From a virus (taxonomy: Duplodnaviria; Caudoviricetes), in IMG/VR virus record IMGVR_UViG_3300020045_003034, positions 1 through 39,511 of that record: DNA of 39,511 nucleotides; one strand, 5' to 3'. The notes under the pieces are model-generated. The model did not search any database. It was not told where the DNA came from and saw only the letters and a list, made by a program, of their open reading frames with translations. Both the position numbers and the translations under genes were made by a program. Each line of letters opens with the position of its first letter. The stretch's first letter is position 1. Positions 1-9,344 of this stretch are shown here, in pieces.

Positions 1-121
1 GCAACAGTAGTACCAGTATTGCTACCAAAATTTATGTTTGTTGTAGAACCAGCTGCACCGCCAGTACCGATATTTAAAGTTTTAGTATAAGTGGAAGCTG
101 TGACACCTGAACCTATGTTTG
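1..121. repeat. Terminal direct repeat copy 1 (circular assembly overlap)
   Basis: Identical to 39391-39511; an ORF reads in frame across the join. Confidence 0.97.
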
Positions 122-1208
122 TAGTTTGTGTACGAGTGTGACCTGTACCTAAATTTATGGTTTGAGTAGAAGTCATTGCCGCTGAAGAGATGTTTAATGT
201 CGTAGCAGCACCACCAATACTCAATGATGTAGATACTGTATTAAAAGCAGCAAATGTAGAACCACCAACGATACTAGTAACTACTGTTGGGGTTGTTAGT
301 GCCGGAGAAGTAGAAAAGACTATGTTTGTAGTATTAGTACCGGTTGTGCCTGTTGCATTGGTAAGATAATTTAATTTAGCGGCAGTTGTTGTTAACGCTG
401 TCCCTCCCAGTGTTGGCAAGTTTGTAATATCAATATCAGTTGCCCAGAGTTTAGTTAGTCGGTTAGTTGTATTTCCAATTGATTGAGGGGATGTTTGGTC
501 AACTAATACTGCCCCACTGAGACTCGTTAAATAAGTATTTGTATCTAAGGTGAAAGTATTAGCACCTGTCATTTTAACAAACGCTGGAGAGGCGTAAGTA
601 AGTTCTGATACTGATGTTAAGTTAGAATTTAGAGGTTGATACCCCCCTAGATCAGAAGTTAGAGCCAATGTACCGCTAGCATTTGGGAAAGTAAATGTTT
701 TATCGTCACCTACTAATAAGCCAGTATCTAGTACAGCATATGGGCTAGAATCGCTAGTATATAAAGAAATTTTGTAAGAATTACCTATTATAATTCCGGC
801 AGCTCCGTCTCCGCCATACAAACTTACAGTCCCAGGTAATATACCGCCATGTCCACCACCTATTTCAACATTTCCACCATACCCTAGGTCACTAACACCA
901 GGGGTAATATAGATGTTACCAGAACTACTGTCGGTTTCAACGCTGTCTGCTGTTGTTAATTGTAAATTATTAGTAGAAGGATAGGTAATAGTTGGATCAG
1001 CAGTAGTGATAATACCATTTGTTGTTCCATTTACTCCCAACACTAAATGGTGAGAAGTTTTATTATAAGAAAAAGCACTATCAGCTCCAAATGATCCATC
1101 ATTATTGAATTGAACTTCGGTGTTAGAACCAGCAGGGGGTGTTGGAGTAGTTCCCCCACTCCCCACCAAATCTAATTGACTAGTAACTGGATTAAATTTT
1201 AACCCCAT
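1..1208 (-). CDS. Tail fibre / receptor-binding protein, N-terminal part (continues through the join to 38262; 778 aa total)
   Basis: Absent from the ORF track. ATG at 1208 overlaps the upstream stop (TAATG). Reads MGLKFNPVTSQLDLVGSGGTTPTTPAGSNTEVQFNNDGSFGADSAF.., G/T/S-rich with no stop to base 1. Confidence 0.85.
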   Translation of the reverse strand, partial: MGLKFNPVTSQLDLVGSGGTTPTPPAGSNTEVQFNNDGSFGADSAFSYNKTSHHLVLGVNGTTNGIITTADPTITYPSTNNLQLTTADSVETDSSSGNIYITPGVSDLGYGGNVEIGGGHGGILPGTVSLYGGDGAAGIIIGNSYKISLYTSDSSPYAVLDTGLLVGDDKTFTFPNASGTLALTSDLGGYQPLNSNLTSVSELTYASPAFVKMTGANTFTLDTNTYLTSLSGAVLVDQTSPQSIGNTTNRLTKLWATDIDITNLPTLGGTALTTTAAKLNYLTNATGTTGTNTTNIVFSTSPALTTPTVVTSIVGGSTFAAFNTVSTSLSIGGAATTLNISSAAMTSTQTINLGTGHTRTQTTNIGSGVTASTYTKTLNIGTGGAAGSTTNINFGSNTGTTV

Positions 1209-1519
1209 TAGCTTTTTGTAACTGAACTGATAATTTGTTTTGTACCAGCATCACTATAAACGACGGTTATTGTCCCAACTACAGTTCCTGAAGAACCACC
1301 AGTTTTATAAGTATAAACTTCAGTTGAAGTATCGGGATAAGTAGCTCCAATATAGTCAAAAGGTACTGTTATGAGTGTGTTTGATATATTAGTTGATCCC
1401 TCTGTTACCATTGCACCAGTTGATGGGTTAGCCTTGACTATAACAATTGATTCATTATCAATTTTAGATACACCCAATAACGATGGTACTCTGTTTTCGT
1501 CTCTTTTTGCGTTTGACAT
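1208..1519 (-). CDS. Small virion protein with N-terminal RDENR motif
   Basis: 103 aa, T/S/V-rich, coupled to the fibre gene, preceded by a leader cassette. Confidence 0.7.
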   Translation of the reverse strand: MSNAKRDENRVPSLLGVSKIDNESIVIVKANPSTGAMVTEGSTNISNTLITVPFDYIGATYPDTSTEVYTYKTGGSSGTVVGTITVVYSDAGTKQIISSVTKS

Positions 1520-1573
1520 AAAAATACCCGCTTATATAGCGGGTTTAAATTAACCTAATACTCTATTATAGCA
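1520..1573 (-). promoter_or_regulatory. Leader cassette 1: extended -10, conserved leader, hairpin/U-tract
   Basis: TGCTATAAT AGAGT ATTAGGTT AATTTA AACCCGC TATATAA GCGGGTA TTTTT ATG. Confidence 0.85.
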
Positions 1574-1575
1574 TT

Positions 1576-2001
1576 TTATTTCTTTTCTAAACCGAAATGC
1601 ATTACTTTAAAATTACCAGATTCTCCTAAACCGACGTTTTTAAATTTTTTATCAAGTATATTATTTAAGTGCTTTTGACTGTCCAACCATTTTTCTACAC
1701 TGTTTACATTATCAAAGTCTTTGGCCATATTTTCTCCAGCGTCTTTAAATTTATACCCTGCATTTTTGATTAAATCCCAAGACATTTTTCCATCTGGGTC
1801 AACATGACTCCAATAATTACGGTTAACCATATCGTCTGCTTTTGACTTTGAAGATTCATTTAGCCTTTGGTCTTGTGTAAGTTCTGGTAGTCCGTTATCT
1901 TTTCTAACTCTATTTATTGTATTTATAATATAATTTATATCAAAAGTATTACCTTGGTAGCATTTTAAATTAGCTTTCTCTTTTGGGATATCTGATAACA
2001 T
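1576..2001 (-). CDS. CAP/SCP-domain protein (YkwD-like)
   Basis: INRVRKDNGL..L, KADDM..NYWSH, AGENMA, WLDSQKHLNNILD..VGLG match the CAP pattern. Confidence 0.9.
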   Translation of the reverse strand: MLSDIPKEKANLKCYQGNTFDINYIINTINRVRKDNGLPELTQDQRLNESSKSKADDMVNRNYWSHVDPDGKMSWDLIKNAGYKFKDAGENMAKDFDNVNSVEKWLDSQKHLNNILDKKFKNVGLGESGNFKVMHFGLEKK

Positions 2002-2003
2002 AA

Positions 2004-3179
2004 TTATTCATATTTAACAAATACATTACTGTTTGCCCCTGTTATTGTCAAAAAAAGTCCTGTATTGAACAAAGTACCACCAGCTCCATCAAAAGATAAA
2101 CCAAAAGGCTGAGTTTGAGCGCCCATTGTGCCAGATGACCATAATACAACACCAGATGTTGATGCACCGTCATACAAAGTAATGACGCTATTATTAACGA
2201 CAGCACTTATATTTGCCAAATGTAAAGACCCTGGGCCATTTTTTAAAAGTACGCCAGCAGTTGTCCCTTGTTGAAAATAAGTTTTAGCTTGTGAGTTTGG
2301 TGTACCATATCTTGATATAGTCATTACCATGCATGAAGAAGTTACAACACTTCCTACTCCAGTGTTAGTATTGTCAAAAAATGGTCTTAAATGTTGTGTC
2401 CCACATAAAGAAGTGGTGGTAGCCATTGATGTATGTATTGGAGTCCCATCAATGACAAACATTACTCTCTTATTAGTGTAATAAATTTCAAAGGTATGAT
2501 AGTTTGTGTCTATTGTGTAAGTTCCGCCAGTGGATGACCCTTTACCATTAAAACTTCCTGAATTGACTACGGTATTATTTCCTGCTTTTCTCTTTACAAT
2601 ACTAAAAGTAGTTCCACTTAATTGAAAAAAGTATCCGTCTACTATTGGTAAAATATTACAAACACCCCATCTTCTAGTATTATTATCAATTCCAATATCT
2701 CCAACTTTTAATACAGCTCTATAATAATTCATATTAGCACCCATATAACGAGCTAAAGAATTGGCGTATATACCAGAACTTGAACCACTATCAGCAGTGG
2801 TTGTTAAAATTGCTTCTGTATTACTAACCGTTACCGTTCCATTAGATGCCAAAACAGATGTATAAAAATTAGAATCTAAAGTAACTCCGTTAAATACACC
2901 GCCAGACAAACGATAGTTTTGAGCTACCTTTAATTGATTAAGCATAGTCCCCTCTATGTCGTTTCCATATTCATCATTTAGTTTAGTTGTTTGTTCTCCA
3001 TTAGTTTGATTATCTGATGTAGCTGGATCAATTATAGTGTCTGTAGAATCTACAATATTGGTTTCTGTTAAAAGTCTCTCGCTAGAATCTCTTATTTTAG
3101 CTGGTATTATTTTCCTACTTAAAGTAGACTCCGCACCTAGAGCTACTGATCTATTTTCGTCTCTTACTAATGATGTCAT
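2004..3179 (-). CDS. Virion appendage protein with ConA/lectin-like beta-sandwich
   Basis: 391 aa; RDENR N-terminus; YHTFEIYY..VMFVIDG typical of ConA-like folds. Confidence 0.65.
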   Translation of the reverse strand: MTSLVRDENRSVALGAESTLSRKIIPAKIRDSSERLLTETNIVDSTDTIIDPATSDNQTNGEQTTKLNDEYGNDIEGTMLNQLKVAQNYRLSGGVFNGVTLDSNFYTSVLASNGTVTVSNTEAILTTTADSGSSSGIYANSLARYMGANMNYYRAVLKVGDIGIDNNTRRWGVCNILPIVDGYFFQLSGTTFSIVKRKAGNNTVVNSGSFNGKGSSTGGTYTIDTNYHTFEIYYTNKRVMFVIDGTPIHTSMATTTSLCGTQHLRPFFDNTNTGVGSVVTSSCMVMTISRYGTPNSQAKTYFQQGTTAGVLLKNGPGSLHLANISAVVNNSVITLYDGASTSGVVLWSSGTMGAQTQPFGLSFDGAGGTLFNTGLFLTITGANSNVFVKYE

Positions 3180-3233
3180 AATAAAAAATCCGTCACTTAG
3201 ACGGATAAAATTCCTTAATATACTATTATACCA
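3180..3233 (-). promoter_or_regulatory. Leader cassette 2
   Basis: TGGTATAAT AGTAT ATTAAGG AATTTT ATCCGTC TAAGT GACGGAT TTTTTATT ATG. Confidence 0.85.
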
Positions 3234-3755
3234 TTAAGATTGCGATATCCTTTGTAGGTATGCCTCTCTTTCTTTATTCTTCTTAGCTAATAAATCTGTA
3301 CTTTCTTTCATTTCTCTTACAATAGCTTTTTCTTTAGCAAGCATAAGTTCTCGTGATTTTAAATCATCTTCTTTTTTAAGCAACTCTTCTTTAAGGTTTT
3401 TACTAGAAGCAAGTAGGGCATTTAATTCTATTGTTTGTTTGTCTAATTCTGATTTTCTTTTTAAATAGTCTATATCAAAAGTATTTATCTCAAGTTGTTT
3501 TCTATCTAAAGTTTCAGTTTTCTTCTTTATCTCAAGATTCTCTTTGTCTATATAATCTGTTTGTGATTTAATACCTATTTTCTCTTTTTCTAATTCAGCA
3601 TAGCTTTTTTCTATTTCTTTTTTTTGTTGGAGTAGCTTTGATTCTAAGTCAAGTAAGCTCTTCTCTTTAGAGTCAAGTGATTCAACATCAGCATTTATGG
3701 ATTCACACATCTTAACAAATTGATCTGTTTGTGATTTTACATTGTCTATATTCAT
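3234..3755 (-). CDS. Coiled-coil hypothetical protein
   Basis: 173 aa, K/E/L heptads, ATGA overlap with upstream gene. Confidence 0.75.
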   Translation of the reverse strand: MNIDNVKSQTDQFVKMCESINADVESLDSKEKSLLDLESKLLQQKKEIEKSYAELEKEKIGIKSQTDYIDKENLEIKKKTETLDRKQLEINTFDIDYLKRKSELDKQTIELNALLASSKNLKEELLKKEDDLKSRELMLAKEKAIVREMKESTDLLAKKNKEREAYLQRISQS

Positions 3756-3994
3756 ACTTCGGCCTCTATTTCTTTAATAATTCCCTCTAATACTAATGGC
3801 ATAGATGGGTTTACTTCTCTTTTATTAGCGATGAAAGTAATAAGGTGTTTCTTAAGATGGGAATAAAGAGGCTCTTCAAACGATTTTAAGTCCATTCCCG
3901 GAATAGTGTAATCAACTGGGTGTAAATCGCCGTTAATATCATAACTAATTGTGAAATCTTCATTTATTGGGTTGAAGAGAAACTTTTTTGTCAT
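3752..3994 (-). CDS. Hypothetical protein
   Basis: 80 aa in a coupled gene run; N-terminus (FNPINEDFTISYD) loosely resembles HNPMDKDYTCIWD of 4171-4764. Confidence 0.7.
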   Translation of the reverse strand: MTKKFLFNPINEDFTISYDINGDLHPVDYTIPGMDLKSFEEPLYSHLKKHLITFIANKREVNPSMPLVLEGIIKEIEAEV

Positions 3995-4178
3995 TTGACA
4001 TGTCCTTAAATTTTATTTCGTCTTCTAATTCTTCGACAGTATCACATAAAACTATAACCATTTCCATTAAAGTCTTCATGTTGATAGCACCTATTCTATC
4101 AAGACGATTGAATGCTGCCTTATATTCTCCTTTACCGACTCTAACTCCTAAAATAGTAGATATTTTATCGTTAATCAT
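3960..4178 (-). CDS. Hypothetical protein
   Basis: 72 aa, overlaps neighbours in operon fashion. Confidence 0.7.
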   Translation of the reverse strand: MINDKISTILGVRVGKGEYKAAFNRLDRIGAINMKTLMEMVIVLCDTVEELEDEIKFKDMSNDKKVSLQPNK

Positions 4179-4764
4179 TGGTTATGTCCTTAATAGATGG
4201 CTTCTTAGTTATAATCGTTTGTTCTGGGGTATCTGATGAAGTATTAGGCATGAATTTTTTGTTCATCATGTCATTCATGTGCTCTTCTTCGCTCTTAAAA
4301 TCAGCCATTGGCATTTGATTCTCTTCTATGTCTAAACCATACTCTCTAACGATGCCTAACCAAAGTGTATCAAACAAAGAATCAACAACTTTTCTATCGT
4401 TAGTACGAGGTAGATTATTCCAAACTGTTTGTTCATGCCATTTAGTTTCAAAGTTAGCACCGCTCTTTTCTTTTTCAATAATCCTTTTTTCTACAATTTT
4501 ACTATTATCAAGATTGATAAGTAAATCTTTCATCTCGTTAAAGTATTTACGAGCAATATGGAAAGGGAGTTCATTGTTACCTAGCCCAAATCCAATATCA
4601 CGATTACAATTAGGGACAACGTGTTTGAATTTATCCCAAATACAAGTATAGTCTTTGTCCATTGGGTTATGAACCATAACTGTATCTTTGGAATGTCTCT
4701 CTAATTCTCTTTTATAAGCATCACCGACTTTATTTTGTGCTAATTGTTCAGGTGTAAGTTCCAT
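4171..4764 (-). CDS. Hypothetical protein
   Basis: 197 aa ORF, TAATG coupling to upstream small ORF. Confidence 0.8.
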   Translation of the reverse strand: MELTPEQLAQNKVGDAYKRELERHSKDTVMVHNPMDKDYTCIWDKFKHVVPNCNRDIGFGLGNNELPFHIARKYFNEMKDLLINLDNSKIVEKRIIEKEKSGANFETKWHEQTVWNNLPRTNDRKVVDSLFDTLWLGIVREYGLDIEENQMPMADFKSEEEHMNDMMNKKFMPNTSSDTPEQTIITKKPSIKDITND

Positions 4765-4931
4765 TATTCTGCATAATTAACTAATAATTGAGGAGCCAAT
4801 AAAACGTATTTATCTTCAACTTGTGTGTATGATATTGGGGAAATCTTGATAACAATCTTTTCTTTTTCTAAAAACTTACTTAAAACAACTATAGCCTCTT
4901 CTTTTGGTTTGCTTAAATTAGCATTTTTCAT
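4764..4931 (-). CDS. Hypothetical 55-aa protein, probably leaderless
   Basis: MKNANLSKPKEEAIVVLSKFLEKEKIVIKISPISYTQVEDKYVLLAPQLLVNYAE; TGCTATAAT 6 nt before ATG. Confidence 0.7.
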   Translation of the reverse strand: MKNANLSKPKEEAIVVLSKFLEKEKIVIKISPISYTQVEDKYVLLAPQLLVNYAE

Positions 4932-4963
4932 ATGCATATTATAGCATATAAAATTAATGTCAA

Positions 4964-5233
4964 TTATTTAGCGCCGTATGAAGATGAAGCTGAAACTGTG
5001 ATATCACATGTACCCGAAGCGATGATAAGACAACCAGTTTTTAAATCGTAGTATTCGTATTGAGAGCCTACAGTAGGGTTAGTGATAGTAGCTACGTTAG
5101 CAGTTGTGCCAGTAATACCATCAATAACTTTAATTGTACCTGTTAAGGCTGCATTGACTGTAATCAATACTTTAGAAACATAACCAGTTGCTACTTGAGT
5201 AGCAGTATTATCAACAATATATTTATAAGCCAT
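4964..5233 (-). CDS. Small beta-rich virion protein
   Basis: Likely start MAYKY at 5233 (the track start lies inside an intergenic hairpin); T/V/A-rich. Confidence 0.7.
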   Translation of the reverse strand: MAYKYIVDNTATQVATGYVSKVLITVNAALTGTIKVIDGITGTTANVATITNPTVGSQYEYYDLKTGCLIIASGTCDITVSASSSYGAK

Positions 5234-5299
5234 ATTTTTTAAAATTATTAACTTCTTATTCCTATCCACCATATAGATGGATAGTTTAAAAACCTAATA

Positions 5300-5815
5300 T
5301 TACATTAAAGTTTGTAAGTAGATATCCCAAGTATCAGCAGCAGTACAAACAGCAATTATTTCACTGTGTTTACCAGTAGTAACAGCAGCAGTACCTCCAA
5401 TGATAGTAGTACCAGAAGCAGCAGTTGTTAAAGTAGCTGTTTGGTTTCCATAATTGTAATAAAGACATCTAATAGTCGTACCGACAACTGAACCTAAAGT
5501 GGCACTTAATAAAGCCCCAGTATCAAAAGTAATAGTACCCGCACCAGTTTTAGAGTTGTGTTTAACGATTCCACCTAACAAAGCAGCTGCTGTAAGAGTT
5601 CCATTTTGAGCATCAATTGTGGTGATGGTCAATTTTTGAATTGGTTGTGGAGCGGTAAAGCTATCAGTAGCCGACAATGCACCAGTAACAGCTAATCCTG
5701 CACCAGCAGTAATAGCACCAGTAACAGCAAGGGTAGAACCCATAGTAACGGCTTTGTCTGTGTTTAATCCATTGAATTGGACTACAGGCAAATGATCTTC
5801 AATTTTGATTGACAT
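5300..5815 (-). CDS. Head-associated structural protein
   Basis: Likely start MSIKIED at 5815 after AAGGA; T/A/G-rich; lies downstream of capsid genes. Confidence 0.7.
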   Translation of the reverse strand: MSIKIEDHLPVVQFNGLNTDKAVTMGSTLAVTGAITAGAGLAVTGALSATDSFTAPQPIQKLTITTIDAQNGTLTAAALLGGIVKHNSKTGAGTITFDTGALLSATLGSVVGTTIRCLYYNYGNQTATLTTAASGTTIIGGTAAVTTGKHSEIIAVCTAADTWDIYLQTLM

Positions 5816-5885
5816 ATTTTCCTTTTTATTGTTCTCTCCCCTGTCAAGCAAGGTCAAGAGCGAAATTATAATTTGAGTATAGACT

Positions 5886-5923
5886 CACTGTTACCCCCTA
5901 CCGAAGTAAGGGATAATGTCAGT
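5886..5923 (-). other. Intergenic stem-loop with cUUCGg tetraloop
   Basis: TTATCCCTTA CTTCGG TAGGGGGTAA. Confidence 0.7.
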
Positions 5924-6655
5924 TTATAGCAATAGATCAACTGGAATACATTTACCGTTGTCTTTGGCTTGCATAGCACGACCGATTCTAGTAACACCAG
6001 CAGTACCACCGAGAGCGATAGAAGAAGCAGCACTAAGTGAAACTTCAACGTCACTACCCATGATAATAGAAGAGTTATCAGAAAGAGCAGCACAAGGGCC
6101 TTTGGTTTGGATAAATCCATATTCAGTAGCAGGGATTGGATAAATAGCAACACCAACGATACTACCTGTGAGAGTAGTAGCTGGAGAAGCGATAACACCA
6201 TCACAAGGATTTTTTCTTAAAGCAACTCTTGTAGAGCTTGTGAAAGCAGTTCGTAGAGGAGTATCTAAGAATAATTTGACTGTACCAGTGACAGTAGCTT
6301 GAGCAGCATGACCTTTAATGATATAGGTTTCACCTAGACCAGGAGTCGTATTAACTGTTAAAGTACCACCTTTGTATTGATTAGCGGTAACACCTGAAGT
6401 AGCGAGAGTGACTGTAACAGCACTTTCACCTTTAGCAGTAGCAGCAGGAGTAAGTGAATTGTGGTCAGTACCATAAGCACTTGACTGAATTACATTTCCA
6501 ACAACTAAAGCAGTAGCACCAGCTTTTACAAAGCGGAATTCTGAACCGTTTGATCCAGCAACCCTTTGACCCAATTCAAGGTTCGGAGCGATAACCGAAT
6601 CTGAACTATACACGTCGCATCCTGAAATGAATGCAGAACCTGTTATTCTTGGCAT
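5924..6655 (-). CDS. Capsid decoration/cement-like protein
   Basis: 243 aa directly after the MCP; GSEFRFVKAG and YGFIQTKGP motifs; A/T/G-rich. Confidence 0.65.
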   Translation of the reverse strand: MPRITGSAFISGCDVYSSDSVIAPNLELGQRVAGSNGSEFRFVKAGATALVVGNVIQSSAYGTDHNSLTPAATAKGESAVTVTLATSGVTANQYKGGTLTVNTTPGLGETYIIKGHAAQATVTGTVKLFLDTPLRTAFTSSTRVALRKNPCDGVIASPATTLTGSIVGVAIYPIPATEYGFIQTKGPCAALSDNSSIIMGSDVEVSLSAASSIALGGTAGVTRIGRAMQAKDNGKCIPVDLLL

Positions 6656-6697
6656 ATTTTTTTATATAAATAATAATTTAAGGATAAATCCTTACAG

Positions 6698-6723
6698 TTC
6701 TCCCCGACCGAAGTCGGGAAGAA
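6698..6723 (-). other. Intergenic stem-loop with cUUCGg tetraloop after the MCP
   Basis: TTCTTCCCGA CTTCGG TCGGGGAGAA, no U-tract. Confidence 0.75.
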
Positions 6724-6732
6724 TCAAAAGAC

Positions 6733-7836
6733 TTATACTCCAGTGATAGCGTATAAAGCACCAGATCGGCGGAAACCGCTGGCAACCATTTGACCGATTA
6801 CATAGAAACGTCCAATCATACCTGCTTGATTTGGGAGCATCAAGTCATTTTGATAGAAGAATCCATTGTATTCAGATGGCATATTAAGAGCGCTTGCACC
6901 TGTACCTTCATAAGCTTTCATGGTTCCAAGATTTACTTTCTCCATGTAATCTTTGTATTGTTCAGGGACAACAGTTGAACCTTTCCAATCGTAGTAGTTT
7001 TCATTGAGGAAATATAAGAAACCAGAAGTACAGAAGTTATCTTTAAGAATTGGAATACCTCGGTAAGAAACAGAAGTAAGACCAGCTCCATTTGCTAAAT
7101 CAGCATTTCCACGGACAGCTTGCATTGAACGGTGTGGTACTTTATCGTAACCAACAGCTTCATAAGAAGCACGGACAGATGGTTGTAAAAGTTGTTCATG
7201 CAAAGACCAGACAGTGACAGAAGCCAAACCAACGTTTGGTTCTTCAGATGTAAGACCAGAAGCAGAAATAGTATCAAAAAGAGTAGCTTCTTTGGCAAGA
7301 GAAAGTGTACCACTAGAAGAAGTGAGAGTAGCATTAAGGTTAGTATAGGTAGAACGAGATTGTCCACCGATTGTACCAACATTTGTACCATCATCAACTA
7401 AAGCACCAAGACCAAGTGGTCGATCAGCACTTCCATCTAAGTAGATAGCAGCACCGAGTTTCTGTTGAGTTTCAGCAGCAGCTTTTTCGTATTTGAAAGC
7501 ATCCAAAGGAATGATTCCATATTCACCACTATTAGCAAAAGAATCTAACATGACACTAACTTTTGGCTGTTGAAAAGCAGTTCGAGCATAAGACAAAGTG
7601 ATTGTCGTATTAACAGCAGTAGCATTCAAAGTTTCCAATCCAGTGAAGAATTGACCTTGAGTGTCAGAAATAACATCGACTGTGACATCTTCGGTTTTAC
7701 CCATGAAAGGCTTACCATTAGAAATCAAGCGAGAGAAGTAAACTGGTGCAGCGAGGACATTATCCACAACTTTAGCATGAAGCTTGCGCTGTGTAGTACC
7801 GTCTACTCGTGAACCGTATTGTATACCGTCGTACAT
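6733..7836 (-). CDS. Major capsid protein
   Basis: 367 aa; position after portal and scaffold; IYLDG..PLGLGALVDDGT..TIGGQSR pattern typical of HK97-fold capsids. Confidence 0.85.
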   Translation of the reverse strand: MYDGIQYGSRVDGTTQRKLHAKVVDNVLAAPVYFSRLISNGKPFMGKTEDVTVDVISDTQGQFFTGLETLNATAVNTTITLSYARTAFQQPKVSVMLDSFANSGEYGIIPLDAFKYEKAAAETQQKLGAAIYLDGSADRPLGLGALVDDGTNVGTIGGQSRSTYTNLNATLTSSSGTLSLAKEATLFDTISASGLTSEEPNVGLASVTVWSLHEQLLQPSVRASYEAVGYDKVPHRSMQAVRGNADLANGAGLTSVSYRGIPILKDNFCTSGFLYFLNENYYDWKGSTVVPEQYKDYMEKVNLGTMKAYEGTGASALNMPSEYNGFFYQNDLMLPNQAGMIGRFYVIGQMVASGFRRSGALYAITGV

Positions 7837-7865
7837 ATTTTATAATTTAAATAATAAATATAGAC

Positions 7866-7922
7866 AAAAAAAGCCGCCTCTTCCGAGACGGCATATATTT
7901 ACCTATTTAAATAATTATATCA
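7866..7922 (-). promoter_or_regulatory. Leader cassette 3 (major capsid)
   Basis: TGATATAAT TATTTA AATAGGT AAATAT AT GCCGTCTC GGAA GAGGCGGC TTTTTTT; ATG about 30 nt further on. Confidence 0.8.
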
Positions 7923-7923
7923 C

Positions 7924-8442
7924 CTATTTTGTTTTGCATGTTAAGTTATGTCCCCACTTTTTTATTTCAGTGGGCATTTCTTTATTGAACGTAATTTTGT
8001 AATGGCACTTTGAGCATAGTGTACGACAATTATCTAGTATAAATCTAAGTTTTGGGTAGTCTTTCCAAGATTTTATATGATCTACCTGCATATCTTTATT
8101 TTTATCTCCACAAATTTGACAAGTATAATTGTCTCTTTTAAATATTATTGGCTGTATTTCTCTTCTAAATCTACCTCTCTCTAGTTTGTTTTCTTTTGTT
8201 ATTCCTCCCCTCCAAGCGCTACATTTTTCTCCGTTATATTCTTTTTTCATGTTGTTCCAATAACAATTACTAGAACAAAATTTATTAGATTTTTTTAAAG
8301 TTGTAGGTCTAAATTCTTTTCCACACTCAATACACTTTAATTTTAAAATAGTAGTTTTAGATTTTATCCAACATTCTCTACTACAAAATTTTTGGTCGCT
8401 TCTTTTGCTTTTGTTACCACAAATAGGACATAATCTATTCAT
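7924..8442 (-). CDS. HNH endonuclease with N-terminal Zn-finger repeats
   Basis: Two CxxC..FCSxxC repeats; RDNYTCQICG..VDHIK..NCRTLCSKCH. Confidence 0.92.
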   Translation of the reverse strand: MNRLCPICGNKSKRSDQKFCSRECWIKSKTTILKLKCIECGKEFRPTTLKKSNKFCSSNCYWNNMKKEYNGEKCSAWRGGITKENKLERGRFRREIQPIIFKRDNYTCQICGDKNKDMQVDHIKSWKDYPKLRFILDNCRTLCSKCHYKITFNKEMPTEIKKWGHNLTCKTK

Positions 8443-8477
8443 TACATATTATATCCTATCGTTTTGTATTTGTATAC

Positions 8478-9344
8478 TTATTTCTTCTTAAAAAAGCTGA
8501 AGAAATCTTTTGTACCATGAATCTCTCTATAGTCTATTTCATCTTCATTGGTTGGAGCAACTACATTTGATCTACCGGCAACTGGTGCATCGTGTCCAGC
8601 TGGTTGAGTTGTCAGTGGTTTATAGTGTTCGTAAAATATTTCTTTTAAAGAATTTATCAAAGGCTTTTGTTGTTCAGGTGGCAGACTCTTATTTTCTTCG
8701 GCAATCTTGATATTGACATCATACATTGTCTTAAATAGATTACGCCTTTCTTGAACACCTAAATCTTTCTCATCATTAGCGTCTTTGATAGATGGTAATT
8801 TATTGGACTTAACTAGATCATCTAATTGATTGTCGATGTATCTATTATATTGGTTTTGTGCTTCTTCTTTGCGTTGTGTTTCAGTTTTCTTTAGTTCTTC
8901 TTGTTCAGATATCTTAGCTTGTTTTTCTGATTCTTTCTTTTCCCAAAGCTTTTCAGCCTTTAACTCAGCTATTCTAGTTGCTTCTTCGTTTATCTCAGCA
9001 TAGTCTTTAGGATTACGACCCTCTCTAACATAGATAGGGAGCATTTCATCTTTCATTCTAGCTTCATCAGCTTCTTGTCTTTCTTTAGCGTCTTGCTCTT
9101 CTTTTTCTTGATCGGCTAATTCTTTTTGAGTTTTAACTATATTTTCAGCGACTTTCTTGCCAAATTCTTCTTCGTCAATTTCGACAGTCTTCTCTTCTTT
9201 TTTTGGAGTTTCTTTTGGTTCTTCGGTTTTATCTTCGACAGTCTTGTCTTCTTCTAATGTAACTGGTTCACCTAAAAAAGCACTAGCTGCAATGTTTTCT
9301 GCTTCTTGTGCCGGACTAATAATCTCTTCTGGTTTTTTCTTCAT
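8478..9344 (-). CDS. Capsid scaffolding protein (putative)
   Basis: 288 aa, very E/K-rich helical, between portal and MCP. Confidence 0.7.
   Translation of the reverse strand: MKKKPEEIISPAQEAENIAASAFLGEPVTLEEDKTVEDKTEEPKETPKKEEKTVEIDEEEFGKKVAENIVKTQKELADQEKEEQDAKERQEADEARMKDEMLPIYVREGRNPKDYAEINEEATRIAELKAEKLWEKKESEKQAKISEQEELKKTETQRKEEAQNQYNRYIDNQLDDLVKSNKLPSIKDANDEKDLGVQERRNLFKTMYDVNIKIAEENKSLPPEQQKPLINSLKEIFYEHYKPLTTQPAGHDAPVAGRSNVVAPTNEDEIDYREIHGTKDFFSFFKKK

Noticed and set aside
1-121. 121-bp terminal repeat as a physical genome end
   Set aside because: It falls mid-gene with the frame continuous across the join, so it is best explained as assembler overlap of a circular or permuted genome.
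5866-7397. Leu-rich alternative-frame ORFs within capsid genes (5866-6204, 7095-7397)
   Set aside because: By-product of NCT/NTT codon bias in the main frame; no slippery site or start signal seen.
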